Assembly: GCA_037131675.1 (NCBI GenBank)
Contig: JBAXQO010000002.1
Span: 15,166 to 79,165 of the forward strand
DNA from: a bacterium
GTDB lineage: Bacteria; Patescibacteriota; Minisyncoccia; Phycocordibacterales; CAIZIN01
Direction of reading: 5' to 3'
DNA length: 64,000 nt
The notes under the pieces are model-generated. The model made no database searches. It had not been told where the DNA came from and saw only the letters and a program-made list of their open reading frames with translations. Below, in pieces: positions 1 through 9,046 of the stretch (position 1 is its first letter; every line of letters starts with the position of its first letter). A program made the position numbers and the translations under genes.

Positions 1-662
1 TTAGTGACGCTCCAAAACAAATGAAATTTGTCGAAGAGATGATTCGTACTTTGGTACAAGATATTTGTGGTGGAAACGAAATGTCTTTTGAAGATAAAAA
101 AATAGATTTTTCAAAACCTTTTAGGGTTGTTTCTTATATGGATCTTTTGAAAAATGAAGCAGGTATCTCTGACCCACTCTCTGCAACAAAAGATGAACTT
201 ACAAAAAAGGCAGAATCTTTTGGTGTTGCTGTTGATCCGGCAGATAGTGAGATGAAGTTATTGGATAATATTTATAAAAAAGTTTGCCGACCAAATATTT
301 TTGAACCAACTTTCATTGTTGAATATCCTGCAGACTATTTACCTCTTGCAAAAAGAAATGAAAAAAATCCAAAGCTTGTGGATGCGTTTCAACTTGTGAT
401 AGCTAACGTTGAGGTTTCAAAAGCATTTTCAGAATTAAATGATCCAGTTGACCAGGCTGAAAGGCTCTCAATACAAGAATCTCAGAGTCAAAAAGGGGAA
501 GCAGATGCTCAGAGAAAAGATGATGACTTCATAGAAGCTATGGAGCACGGGATGCCGCCTATGGGAGGTGTAGGTATTGGTATCGACAGGTTAGTAATGC
601 TTCTGACAAACACTCGAAACATTAAGGAAGTGATTTTCTTCCCAACAATGAAACCTAGATAA
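1..662 (+). CDS. lysS: lysyl-tRNA synthetase (class II), C-terminal fragment; the 5' end lies outside the window
   Basis: Class II aaRS motifs are present in the C-terminal catalytic core (FELNDPVDQ...; GMPPMGGVGIGIDRLVMLL). The frame is open to the window edge. Confidence 0.85.
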   Translation, partial: SDAPKQMKFVEEMIRTLVQDICGGNEMSFEDKKIDFSKPFRVVSYMDLLKNEAGISDPLSATKDELTKKAESFGVAVDPADSEMKLLDNIYKKVCRPNIFEPTFIVEYPADYLPLAKRNEKNPKLVDAFQLVIANVEVSKAFSELNDPVDQAERLSIQESQSQKGEADAQRKDDDFIEAMEHGMPPMGGVGIGIDRLVMLLTNTRNIKEVIFFPTMKPR

Positions 663-680
663 TTTCGTAAATCAAAATTT

Positions 681-716
681 AAAACCAAGGCTCAACAAAG
701 CCTTGGTTTTTTGTTT
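681..716 (+). terminator. rho-independent terminator after lysS
   Basis: Perfect stem aaaaccaaggct / agccttggtttt with loop caacaa, followed by a T-run. Confidence 0.7.
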
Positions 717-729
717 GGAAAGAGGTGAA

Positions 730-800
730 ATGTGGATAACTTTGTTGTGCGTTGGTGTATTGTGGGATAGAATAGTATGTAAGTGGGATAAAGTGGTATA
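730..800 (+). promoter_or_regulatory. mraZ promoter region with phased GTGG[G/T] direct repeats (candidate MraZ boxes)
   Basis: GTGGGA/GTGGTA/GTGGAT repeats start at 732, 762, 783 and 793, spaced 30, 21 and 10 bp. This matches the known ~10-bp-phased MraZ operator architecture upstream of dcw clusters. Confidence 0.5.
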
Positions 801-812
801 GAAAATAAAAAC

Positions 813-1247
813 ATGTTAATTGGCGAATACACACACAATTTTGATGATAAGAACCGAGTTTCGGTTCCTTCGAAATTCCGAAAGGAAATCGGAAAGAAAA
901 TTGTTGTAACTCGCGGACTCGACAATTGTTTGTTTATGTACACTCTCAAAGAATGGCAAAAGATTTCAGAAAAGCTTGGGGAGATGAGTATGCTCGCTTC
1001 TGACACTCGAGGTTTTAATCGTTTTATGCTCGCCGGTGCATCCGAGATTGATGTAGATGCAAACGGACGTGTTTTGATTCCAGAGTACCTTCGCGATTTT
1101 GCGAAGATCGAAGAAAAAGTTGTGTTCGCAGGTGTTCACAACCGTGTCGAACTTTGGAATGAGAATGCGTGGAATGAGTATAAAGAAAAGGTTGTAAAAC
1201 AGGCGGATGCTTTAGCTGAAAAGCTTGGGCAGGTCGGCGCGTTCTAA
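813..1247 (+). CDS. mraZ: transcriptional regulator MraZ
   Basis: 144 aa with duplicated MraZ/SpoVT-AbrB-like halves (DDKNRVSVPSKFR; DANGRVLIPEYLR). It is the first gene of the dcw cluster. Confidence 0.9.
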   Translation: MLIGEYTHNFDDKNRVSVPSKFRKEIGKKIVVTRGLDNCLFMYTLKEWQKISEKLGEMSMLASDTRGFNRFMLAGASEIDVDANGRVLIPEYLRDFAKIEEKVVFAGVHNRVELWNENAWNEYKEKVVKQADALAEKLGQVGAF

Positions 1248-1248
1248 T

Positions 1249-2133
1249 ATGCACATAAGTGTTCTTTTACATGAATCAATAGAGGGCTTAGAGCTCAAAG
1301 ACGGGGATGTTGTGTTTGACGGTACCTTTGGTGGTGGTGGGCATACACGGGCTATGCTTGCTCTTGGAAAAAAAATAAAAGTAATTGCAACCGATTTAGA
1401 CACGGATGCAATTGCAAATGGTCAAGAGCTTGTAAAAGAATACCCTGATCAACTTATTTTAGAAAACGATTCTTTTTCAAACATTGCTTCGATTCTAAAT
1501 AAACACAATTTTTCTGGTGTAGATAAAGTTTTGCTCGATTTAGGTTGGAGTTCAAACCAACTAGAAAATGGTGAAAGAGGACTTTCTTTTCTAAAAGACG
1601 AACCACTTGTAATGACTCTTAAAAAAGATATCACAGAATCTGATGTAACTGCTGAAATGATTGTAAACGAATGGGGTGAAGAAACCATTGCAGATATCTT
1701 ATTTGGTTTTGGAGAAGAACGTTACGCGCGCCGTATAGCAAGAGTAATCTGTGAAGAAAGACAAAAAAAACCAATCAAAACCACACATGAACTCGTCTCA
1801 ATTATTTCTAGAGCCGTGCCTCCTAATTACCGTTTTGGGAAGATCCATCCTGCAACTCGCACATTTCAAGCTCTTCGTATCGCAGTAAATCATGAACTTG
1901 AGACTTTAGAAACAGTTCTTTCTGAAGCGTGGAAAGTTTTAAAACCAGAGGGGAGGATGTCCATTATTTCATTTCATAGTCTTGAGGATCGCATCGTAAA
2001 AAGATTTTTCAGGGAAGTGGCAGCAGAGTCCAACGCAACAATAATCACAAAAAGACCAATAACTGCCAGTGAAGAAGAAATCTCATACAACCCACGTTCG
2101 CGAAGTGCAAAATTAAGAATTATTAAAAAATAA
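1249..2133 (+). CDS. rsmH: 16S rRNA (cytosine1402-N4)-methyltransferase RsmH
   Basis: SAM-binding GTFGGGGHT motif and ISFHSLEDRIVK motif. The ATG at 1249 lies 1 nt after the mraZ stop; the listed ORF begins at an upstream TTG. Confidence 0.9.
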   Translation: MHISVLLHESIEGLELKDGDVVFDGTFGGGGHTRAMLALGKKIKVIATDLDTDAIANGQELVKEYPDQLILENDSFSNIASILNKHNFSGVDKVLLDLGWSSNQLENGERGLSFLKDEPLVMTLKKDITESDVTAEMIVNEWGEETIADILFGFGEERYARRIARVICEERQKKPIKTTHELVSIISRAVPPNYRFGKIHPATRTFQALRIAVNHELETLETVLSEAWKVLKPEGRMSIISFHSLEDRIVKRFFREVAAESNATIITKRPITASEEEISYNPRSRSAKLRIIKK

Positions 2134-2146
2134 AAACCAAATCAAC

Positions 2147-2455
2147 ATGCAAACAAAAACCATTCGACACATATCACATATTCAGAAAGAAATATTCTGG
2201 GCTACAGCGGCAACTTTTATTGCTCTTGTTGGTTTGTATGTATTTTTCCTTGCCTCATCTATTGTGAATGTTGCTGTACGTCAGAATGTAAACGACAAAG
2301 TTGTGGCATTAAGTTCAAAGGTTGCACAGCTAGAATTTCAATATGTCTCTCTTCAAAACGCTGTTACGTCTGATGTGGCCACATCTGAAGGTTATGTCGC
2401 TCAAGCACCAGTTGCATATGTTGCAAAAGACATTCGTCTTTCTATGGCTCGATAG
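2147..2455 (+). CDS. ftsL: small single-TM protein in the FtsL position of the dcw cluster
   Basis: 102 aa with one N-proximal TM helix and a helical C-terminus. The call rests on conserved position between rsmH and the PBP gene, not on sequence motifs. Confidence 0.45.
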   Translation: MQTKTIRHISHIQKEIFWATAATFIALVGLYVFFLASSIVNVAVRQNVNDKVVALSSKVAQLEFQYVSLQNAVTSDVATSEGYVAQAPVAYVAKDIRLSMAR

Positions 2456-2463
2456 GATAATCT

Positions 2464-4170
2464 ATGAAAGATTTTTCGATTCTCAGAATTCGCATTCTTT
2501 CGATCACAATATTGTGTGTCGCGCTTTTGTTTATTTCGAAACTGTACATGATACAGGTTGTTCATTCTCAGGAATACCGAGATAGGGCAGACAGACAGTA
2601 CGTGCGTCCCAATCAGTCTGTTTTTGATCGAGGGACTATTTTTTTTGTTACAAAGGATAATGATCGTATTGCCGCTGCAACTCTTGAATCTGGATTTACT
2701 CTTGCAATAAACCCTAAACAAATTACAAACGATATTGATGTATATGAAAAAATAAATGCAATTCTACCTCTTGATAAAAATGATTTTTTAGCAAAAGCAG
2801 GAAAGAAGACTGATCCATACGAGGAGTTAGCGAAACATGTTGCTGATGATGTTGGTTTAAAAATTGATTCGCTCAAAATCCCAGGTGTGAGAATATATAA
2901 AGACCGATGGAGATTTTATCCTGGTAACACACTTGCTTCACAGGTTTTGGGCTTTCTGTCATTTAAAGGTAATGATCTTAAAGCTCAGTATGGGCTAGAA
3001 AGACAATACAATGAAGTTTTAAGTCGCAATACAGATGCTGTTTTTGCAAACTTCTTTGTTGAACTTTTTTCAAATATTAATAAAACAGTCCTTAAGAAAG
3101 AAGATTTAGAGGGAAGTATCGTGACAACTATTGACCCTGTTGTTCAAGGAACGCTGGAGAAAAAAATCGCAGATTTGCAGACACAGTATAAAAGTAAATT
3201 AACAGGAGGTGTCATAATGAATCCAAAGACGGGAGAAATCTACGCTATGGGTGCTTCTCCTTCATTTAATCCAAATACATATCAGACTGAGAAAAATATT
3301 TCATCATTCGGTAATCCTATAGTTGAGAATGTTTATGAAATGGGTTCGATTATTAAGCCTTTGACTATGGCAGCTGGTATTGATGCTGGAGTGGTGACTC
3401 CAGAAACAACTTATAAAGACGCTGGGTTTGTAACATTAAATAAATCTACTTTTTACAATTTTGATAAAAAGGGTAGAGGTGTGGTAAACATGCAAGAAGT
3501 GCTCAATCAGTCTTTAAATACTGGTGTAGCATTCGTCGTTTCAAAATTAGGTGATACAACATTTCGTAACTATATGTACGGATATGGTCTTTCGGAAAAA
3601 ACAGGTATTGATTTGCCAAATGAAGCAGACTCACTTGTGAAAAACCTAAAAAGTCCCAGAGAGATTGAATATGCAACCGCATCATTTGGACAAGGTATTG
3701 CACTTAGCCCTATACAAACAGTTCGTGCGCTTGCTTCTTTAGGCAATGGTGGTTTACTCGTAACTCCGCATGTGGTAAAGAGAATAGAATACCGTGTTGG
3801 AATATCTAGAGATATCTCATATCCAGAACCAAAAAAGGTTTTAAAACCAGAAACTAGTACGGCTATTACAAAAATGTTGGTAACGGTTTTCGATAAAGCT
3901 TTGCTTAATGGAAAGATAAAAATGGAACATTATTCAATGGCAGCAAAAACTGGTACGGCACAGATTGCTGATGGTCATGGTAAATATTTGGAAAATGATT
4001 ACCTCCATTCATTTTTTGGCTATTTCCCAGCGTACGATCCGAAGTTTATAGTGTTCCTGTTTACAGTTGAGCCTCAAGGTGTAGAATATGCTTCCCATAC
4101 CTTGGCAGAGCCATATAGTGATATTGCGAAGTTTTTAATAAATTATTATCAGGTACCGCCAGACAGATAG
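2464..4170 (+). CDS. ftsI: class B penicillin-binding protein (FtsI-like transpeptidase)
   Basis: N-terminal TM anchor plus transpeptidase motifs SIIKP (SxxK), SLN (SxN) and KTGTA. Confidence 0.85.
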   Translation: MKDFSILRIRILSITILCVALLFISKLYMIQVVHSQEYRDRADRQYVRPNQSVFDRGTIFFVTKDNDRIAAATLESGFTLAINPKQITNDIDVYEKINAILPLDKNDFLAKAGKKTDPYEELAKHVADDVGLKIDSLKIPGVRIYKDRWRFYPGNTLASQVLGFLSFKGNDLKAQYGLERQYNEVLSRNTDAVFANFFVELFSNINKTVLKKEDLEGSIVTTIDPVVQGTLEKKIADLQTQYKSKLTGGVIMNPKTGEIYAMGASPSFNPNTYQTEKNISSFGNPIVENVYEMGSIIKPLTMAAGIDAGVVTPETTYKDAGFVTLNKSTFYNFDKKGRGVVNMQEVLNQSLNTGVAFVVSKLGDTTFRNYMYGYGLSEKTGIDLPNEADSLVKNLKSPREIEYATASFGQGIALSPIQTVRALASLGNGGLLVTPHVVKRIEYRVGISRDISYPEPKKVLKPETSTAITKMLVTVFDKALLNGKIKMEHYSMAAKTGTAQIADGHGKYLENDYLHSFFGYFPAYDPKFIVFLFTVEPQGVEYASHTLAEPYSDIAKFLINYYQVPPDR

Positions 4171-4174
4171 AAAA

Positions 4175-5464
4175 ATGAAACAAATTTTAAAGAAAATAGT
4201 AATAGGAATTTTAACACTTGAAGCAAAGCTGGTGCTTAAGCGCTATAAACCAAAGATTATTGCTGTGACTGGAAGTGTTGGAAAAACTTCTACAAAAGAT
4301 GCAATTTACACAGCTTTATGTGAACCGTTTTCTATTCGTAAAAATCAAAAAAGTTTCAATAGTGAAATAGGAGTACCACTTACTGTTTTAGGTCTCGAGA
4401 ACGCATGGGGGAATCCTTTGTTGTGGGTTGGAAACATTTTAAAAGGTGCGTGGGTGTGTGTGTGGCCTCAAACATATCCAAAATTGCTGGTACTTGAAAT
4501 AGGGGCCGACCATCCAGGTGATATAAAATCCATTACAAAGTGGGTGATACCAGATATTGCAGTAGTAACCAGAATTCCAAATGTTCCAGTGCATGTTGAA
4601 TACTTTAAAGATGCAGAAGCTCTTCTTGAAGAAAAAGCAGAACTTTTAAAAGCTATGAAGCCGGATGGTGTAGCTGTAATTAATTCAGATGATGAAAATG
4701 TTCTTTCTCTTGGAAAACATGTGAAGGGAAGCGTTATTCATTATGGAATGGAAAATTCCGCCACAATTTACGGAGATTCTTATGGTCTTATGTACGAAGG
4801 AAATGATGTTGCGGGGATACAATTCAGAATTTTGTATGACTCCAATATAATACCTGTTGTGCTCAAAGGTATAGTTGGAGTACAGCATGTGTATCCTGTA
4901 CTTGCCGCTGCAGCAGTTGCTTTGCCTCTAAAATTACCCCTTGTTAAACTTACTGAATCTTTTGCACAACACGAATATCCACGGGGGCGTATGAATGTAA
5001 TAAAGGGGATTAAAAATACTATTATTATAGACGATACTTACAATTCCTCACCTGTAGCACTTGAATATGCTCTTCGTACTCTTAAAGATGTGCAGACTCA
5101 AGGAAGAAAAATTGCAGTGCTTGGAGATATGCTTGAGCTTGGTTCATATTCCGCTGAAGCTCATAAAAACATAGGAACAATCGCGGCGGAATGTGCAGAT
5201 ATTATTTTTACTGTAGGTGTGCGAGCTCGTGACATTAAAGATTTTGCTGTAAAAGCGGGAACACAAGAAACATCAACACAATCTTTTTCAAGTTCGGTAG
5301 AAGTGGGTGAATATTTAAAAGATTATATACAGGAAGGAGATGTTATACTCGCAAAAGGTTCACAAGGAATGCGTATGGAAAAATCTATTGCACCTATTGT
5401 GTTGGACCAAGAAAAAGTAAAAGATCTTCTGGTGAGACAAGAAAAAGAGTGGGTAGGAAGATAG
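4175..5464 (+). CDS. murF: UDP-N-acetylmuramoyl-tripeptide--D-alanyl-D-alanine ligase MurF
   Basis: Mur-ligase P-loop IAVTGSVGKTSTKD and the MurF-type C-terminal motif IIDDTYNSSP. Confidence 0.8.
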   Translation: MKQILKKIVIGILTLEAKLVLKRYKPKIIAVTGSVGKTSTKDAIYTALCEPFSIRKNQKSFNSEIGVPLTVLGLENAWGNPLLWVGNILKGAWVCVWPQTYPKLLVLEIGADHPGDIKSITKWVIPDIAVVTRIPNVPVHVEYFKDAEALLEEKAELLKAMKPDGVAVINSDDENVLSLGKHVKGSVIHYGMENSATIYGDSYGLMYEGNDVAGIQFRILYDSNIIPVVLKGIVGVQHVYPVLAAAAVALPLKLPLVKLTESFAQHEYPRGRMNVIKGIKNTIIIDDTYNSSPVALEYALRTLKDVQTQGRKIAVLGDMLELGSYSAEAHKNIGTIAAECADIIFTVGVRARDIKDFAVKAGTQETSTQSFSSSVEVGEYLKDYIQEGDVILAKGSQGMRMEKSIAPIVLDQEKVKDLLVRQEKEWVGR

Positions 5465-5594
5465 GTTCTTTATATACCCAATTTTCTAATTATCTTTCTT
5501 TTCTTTATATTTATCACAAATCATGTTGGCTGAGATACGTGCAGATTGGCCGGGGCCAACACCAACTATTAAATTTTAGGTTTCTTATCCATAA

Positions 5595-5795
5595 TTATTC
5601 TAGAGGACAAGTGTTTTTTCCAATAAAAGTATAAAACGCACACCAACTAACCAAGGATTCGTAAATAGAGAATATACCCAAGGCTATTAATACTATCTGC
5701 ATATAAATATTGTTAATAAAAAATACTGCGATAAGGGCAAGGATGCCTAAAAGTAATCTAAAAACCCGATCTTTTGTTCCAATATTCTTTTTCAT
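5595..5795 (-). CDS. small inner-membrane protein, DUF2892 (YgaP-like) type
   Basis: 66 aa with two TM helices and a C-terminal CxxYxxxGxxTCP-like motif. Confidence 0.45.
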   Translation of the reverse strand: MKKNIGTKDRVFRLLLGILALIAVFFINNIYMQIVLIALGIFSIYESLVSWCAFYTFIGKNTCPLE

Positions 5796-5954
5796 GTTGC
5801 TAATTATAATATAGATATAATTAATACGTAATAATAAATCGTTTGCTGAAAAATATCTCGAAGGCTTGATTTAAGCATATTTATCAGTAGTATTCTGCGC
5901 AGGCTAGAACAAAGCTGTTTTTGTTCTTTCATAAACTATATACAGGATAAACTT

Positions 5955-7382
5955 ATGCGTTATATTTCGACACGCGGTCAAGGTGGGTCGCTTTCTTTCA
6001 ATGATGTCTTGCTGGCTGGGCTGGCTCCTGATGGTGGGCTTTACGTTCCGGAGGAGTACCCGCAACTGGCATGGAAACATATTAAGCTGATGCAAGGCTG
6101 GAGCTATCATCAAATCGCATTCCACATCATTAAGCTTTTTGTCGGGGACGACATTAATGACAACGCTCTGCGAACGATCATTAAAAAAGCTTATGAACCT
6201 CGTCTGTTTGGTAGTCTCGACATTACACCAATACAACCTCTCTCAAGAGGTGTGGGTTTGCTGAAGTTGTCGAACGGGCCAACGTTGGCATTCAAAGATG
6301 TTGCGCTACAACTTCTCGCGAATCTCATGGACTATGTTCTTGAGGAGCGCGATGAATACCTTAACATTCTTGGTGCAACATCTGGTGACACTGGCTCGGC
6401 AGCAGAAGAAGCTGTGCGAGGTCGCAAGCGGTTGCGTATCTTCATGCTCTCGCCATATGGTCGCATGACTCCATTCCAGCAGATGCAAATGTATAGGATT
6501 CACGATCCAAGCGTTTTCAATCTGGTGCCGGATGGGAATTTTGATGATTGTCAGTCAGCAGTGAAGCTTGTGAACGCTGATTCCGATTTCAAGAGGGAAT
6601 ACTCAATCGGTGCGGTGAACTCAATCAACTGGGCACGTATCATGGCTCAAGTCGTGTATTACGTCTATGGGTACACACGGATGATAACAAGTCCGCATGA
6701 ACGCCTCACTGTTTCAGTGCCATCCGGCAATTTCGGCAATGCACTTGCTGCATATGTGGCGGGAAAGATGGGTCTCAAGATCGATATTATCGTAGCTACT
6801 AACGAGAACGATGTTCTGACTGAGCTTTTCAACTCGGGACGATATCGTATTCGTAAGGGCAATGAAGTTGTGAAAACGCAGAGTCCTTCAATGGACATTG
6901 CGTCGGCATCAAACTTCGAGCGGTTCATGTTCGATCAGGTGAATCGGGATCCTCGGCGTTTGGTAAAACTATGGAAAGAGCTTTCGGCTAAAGGTGAGTT
7001 CAGTTGGAATATACGGAACGAACCCGGCTCAACAGTTCGGTTTAGGTCAGGGACGGCGACTGATGCTGAAGTGACGAAGACCATAAAGTTAATCTTCGAT
7101 CACACCGGCATCATCATCGACCCACACACCGCGGTCGCTGCAAAGGTGTTCTATGATCTGAAAGGCGATTCCAATATGGGACCGTCCTTGATTGTAGAGA
7201 CAGCTCAACCAGCCAAGTTCGAGGATGCGATTTATCGTGCTCTCGGTATTAGGATGGCGATTCCTGAAGTGTGTCGTTACTTGGAAGGGAATGACGAGAG
7301 AATTATTCGTATTAATGAAACTGACCCAGTCGTAATTGCGAATGCGGCAAAAGCAATCATTGAAGCGAATGTGAAAAAATAA
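5955..7382 (+). CDS. thrC: threonine synthase
   Basis: PLP-lysine motif GPTLAFKDVALQ and a glycine-rich PLP-phosphate loop SGNFGNA. GC content (~47%) is markedly higher than the neighbours (~27-35%). Confidence 0.85.
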   Translation: MRYISTRGQGGSLSFNDVLLAGLAPDGGLYVPEEYPQLAWKHIKLMQGWSYHQIAFHIIKLFVGDDINDNALRTIIKKAYEPRLFGSLDITPIQPLSRGVGLLKLSNGPTLAFKDVALQLLANLMDYVLEERDEYLNILGATSGDTGSAAEEAVRGRKRLRIFMLSPYGRMTPFQQMQMYRIHDPSVFNLVPDGNFDDCQSAVKLVNADSDFKREYSIGAVNSINWARIMAQVVYYVYGYTRMITSPHERLTVSVPSGNFGNALAAYVAGKMGLKIDIIVATNENDVLTELFNSGRYRIRKGNEVVKTQSPSMDIASASNFERFMFDQVNRDPRRLVKLWKELSAKGEFSWNIRNEPGSTVRFRSGTATDAEVTKTIKLIFDHTGIIIDPHTAVAAKVFYDLKGDSNMGPSLIVETAQPAKFEDAIYRALGIRMAIPEVCRYLEGNDERIIRINETDPVVIANAAKAIIEANVKK

Positions 7383-7404
7383 AAAATATCACCGAAACAA
7401 TAAG

Positions 7405-7440
7405 CCCATCAGCCTTCGTGTTGATGGGTTTTTATTTATT
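7405..7440 (+). terminator. rho-independent terminator after thrC
   Basis: Stem cccatca / tgatggg with a 10-nt loop, followed by tttttatttatt. Confidence 0.6.
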
Positions 7441-7552
7441 TTATTAATTGTAACACGATAATTTTATGTCATATAATTTCTCTCGAAACTATTACCGATG
7501 TATACTTAACCTCAACGATATAATGATAGTAATAAATAAAAAATAAATTAAT

Positions 7553-9046
7553 ATGATAAAGAAAAAAGTGGTTGTAATCGGTGCTGGACTAGGTGGAATA
7601 TCTGCAGCAGCGTCACTTGCATCAAAAGGTTATGATGTAGAAATTTTTGAGAAAAACTCACATGTTGGTGGCAAGCTAAATCTATTAAAAAAAGATGGTT
7701 TTTCATTTGATCTCGGTCCTTCTATTTTGACCTTGCCACACTTGTTCCAAAAGTTGTTTGATGAGGCTGGTAAAAAAATGGAAGACTATGTTTCTATACA
7801 ACCACTCCGTCCACACTGGAGGAATTTCTTTGAAGATGGGATTGTAATTGATTTAACTCCAGATATGAAGGAGATGAAATTATCTAACCCAACACTAAGT
7901 AATCAAGATATTGTAGAGCTTGAAAAATATCTGGAGTATTCAAAGGGACTTTATGATTTTGCCGAGAGGGGTTATTTTAAAGCTGGTCTGGATACGTTAT
8001 GGGAAGTAATTACTTTTTACAACCCATTTTCTCTTTTAAAAAGTGTAAATATTTTTTCTACACTCCACGAAAAAACCCATAAATATATCAGCAATTCGTA
8101 TCTCCAAACCATAATGGACTTTTTTATTAAATATGTCGGATCATCCGCATACAATGCTCCAGCTATTCTTGGTCTTTTGGCACATGTACAATTTAAATAT
8201 GATCTATGGTATGTAGATGGGGGCTTATACAATCTTGCAAAAGGCTTGGAGAAATTACTTCTAGACATAGACGTTAAAATTCACCTTAATAGCGAAATTG
8301 TGAAACTAGAAAAAAATGGCGGAAAAATAATAAGAGCACTGCTTGCATCCGGTGAATATGTTGAAGCTGATATTTTCATTTCGGACATGGAGATTATTCC
8401 TGCTTATCTAAAATTAACCAATGAACCAGCAGATTTTATTGCTACATACGAAAAGAAGTTTGAACCAGCTTGTTCAGGGCTTGTATTGTATCTAGGTGTT
8501 GATCGAGAATATCCACAGTTGGCACATCATAATTTTTTCTTCTCTCAAAATCCAAAAGAACATTTTAGATCTGTGTTCGATAAAAAAATATTACCTGACG
8601 ATCCTACTATATATCTTGTAGCTCCTGCTCGAACTGATAAATCTCAGGCTCCAGCCGGTTGTGAGAACATAAAGATACTTCCTCATATTCCATACCTACA
8701 AGACAAGCCTTTTACTGCAAAAGATTATTCAGATTTGCGTGATCGCGTATTGATTAAATTAGAAAAAATGGGTCTTACAGATCTTCGTAAGCATATTATT
8801 ACTGAAGACATGTGGACACCTGAAGATATTGAGAAAAATTATTATTCAAATAGGGGTGCTATCTATGGTGTAGTTTCTGATAAAAAGAAAAATTTGGGAT
8901 TTAAGGCTCCAAAGGAAAGTACACTTTATAAAAATCTTTACTTTGTTGGAGGTAGTGTAAATCCTGGAGGAGGAATGCCGATGGCTGTGCTTTCAGGACA
9001 ACAAGTTTGTGATAAAATTATAAAAAAATATGGAGAACAAAAATAA
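7553..9046 (+). CDS. FAD-dependent oxidoreductase, phytoene desaturase (CrtI/CrtN) family
   Basis: N-terminal Rossmann fold VVVIGAGLGGISAA...EKNSHVGGK and a GPS motif; about 500 aa, typical of the CrtI family. Confidence 0.7.
   Translation: MIKKKVVVIGAGLGGISAAASLASKGYDVEIFEKNSHVGGKLNLLKKDGFSFDLGPSILTLPHLFQKLFDEAGKKMEDYVSIQPLRPHWRNFFEDGIVIDLTPDMKEMKLSNPTLSNQDIVELEKYLEYSKGLYDFAERGYFKAGLDTLWEVITFYNPFSLLKSVNIFSTLHEKTHKYISNSYLQTIMDFFIKYVGSSAYNAPAILGLLAHVQFKYDLWYVDGGLYNLAKGLEKLLLDIDVKIHLNSEIVKLEKNGGKIIRALLASGEYVEADIFISDMEIIPAYLKLTNEPADFIATYEKKFEPACSGLVLYLGVDREYPQLAHHNFFFSQNPKEHFRSVFDKKILPDDPTIYLVAPARTDKSQAPAGCENIKILPHIPYLQDKPFTAKDYSDLRDRVLIKLEKMGLTDLRKHIITEDMWTPEDIEKNYYSNRGAIYGVVSDKKKNLGFKAPKESTLYKNLYFVGGSVNPGGGMPMAVLSGQQVCDKIIKKYGEQK

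Noticed and set aside
692-1006. 104-aa minus-strand ORF covering the mraZ promoter and 5' end.
   Set aside because: It is antisense to the confidently identified mraZ and its operator repeats. It has no RBS and a low-complexity translation, so it is a shadow ORF.
5904-6928. Several minus-strand ORFs inside thrC (5904-6236, 6306-6503, 6665-6928). Similar shadow ORFs appear inside other GC-rich genes (13643-13958, 38296-38603, 55032-55414).
   Set aside because: These are antisense to well-supported genes. Long antisense ORFs are expected by chance in higher-GC DNA because stop codons are AT-rich. They are used here only as a compositional indicator.
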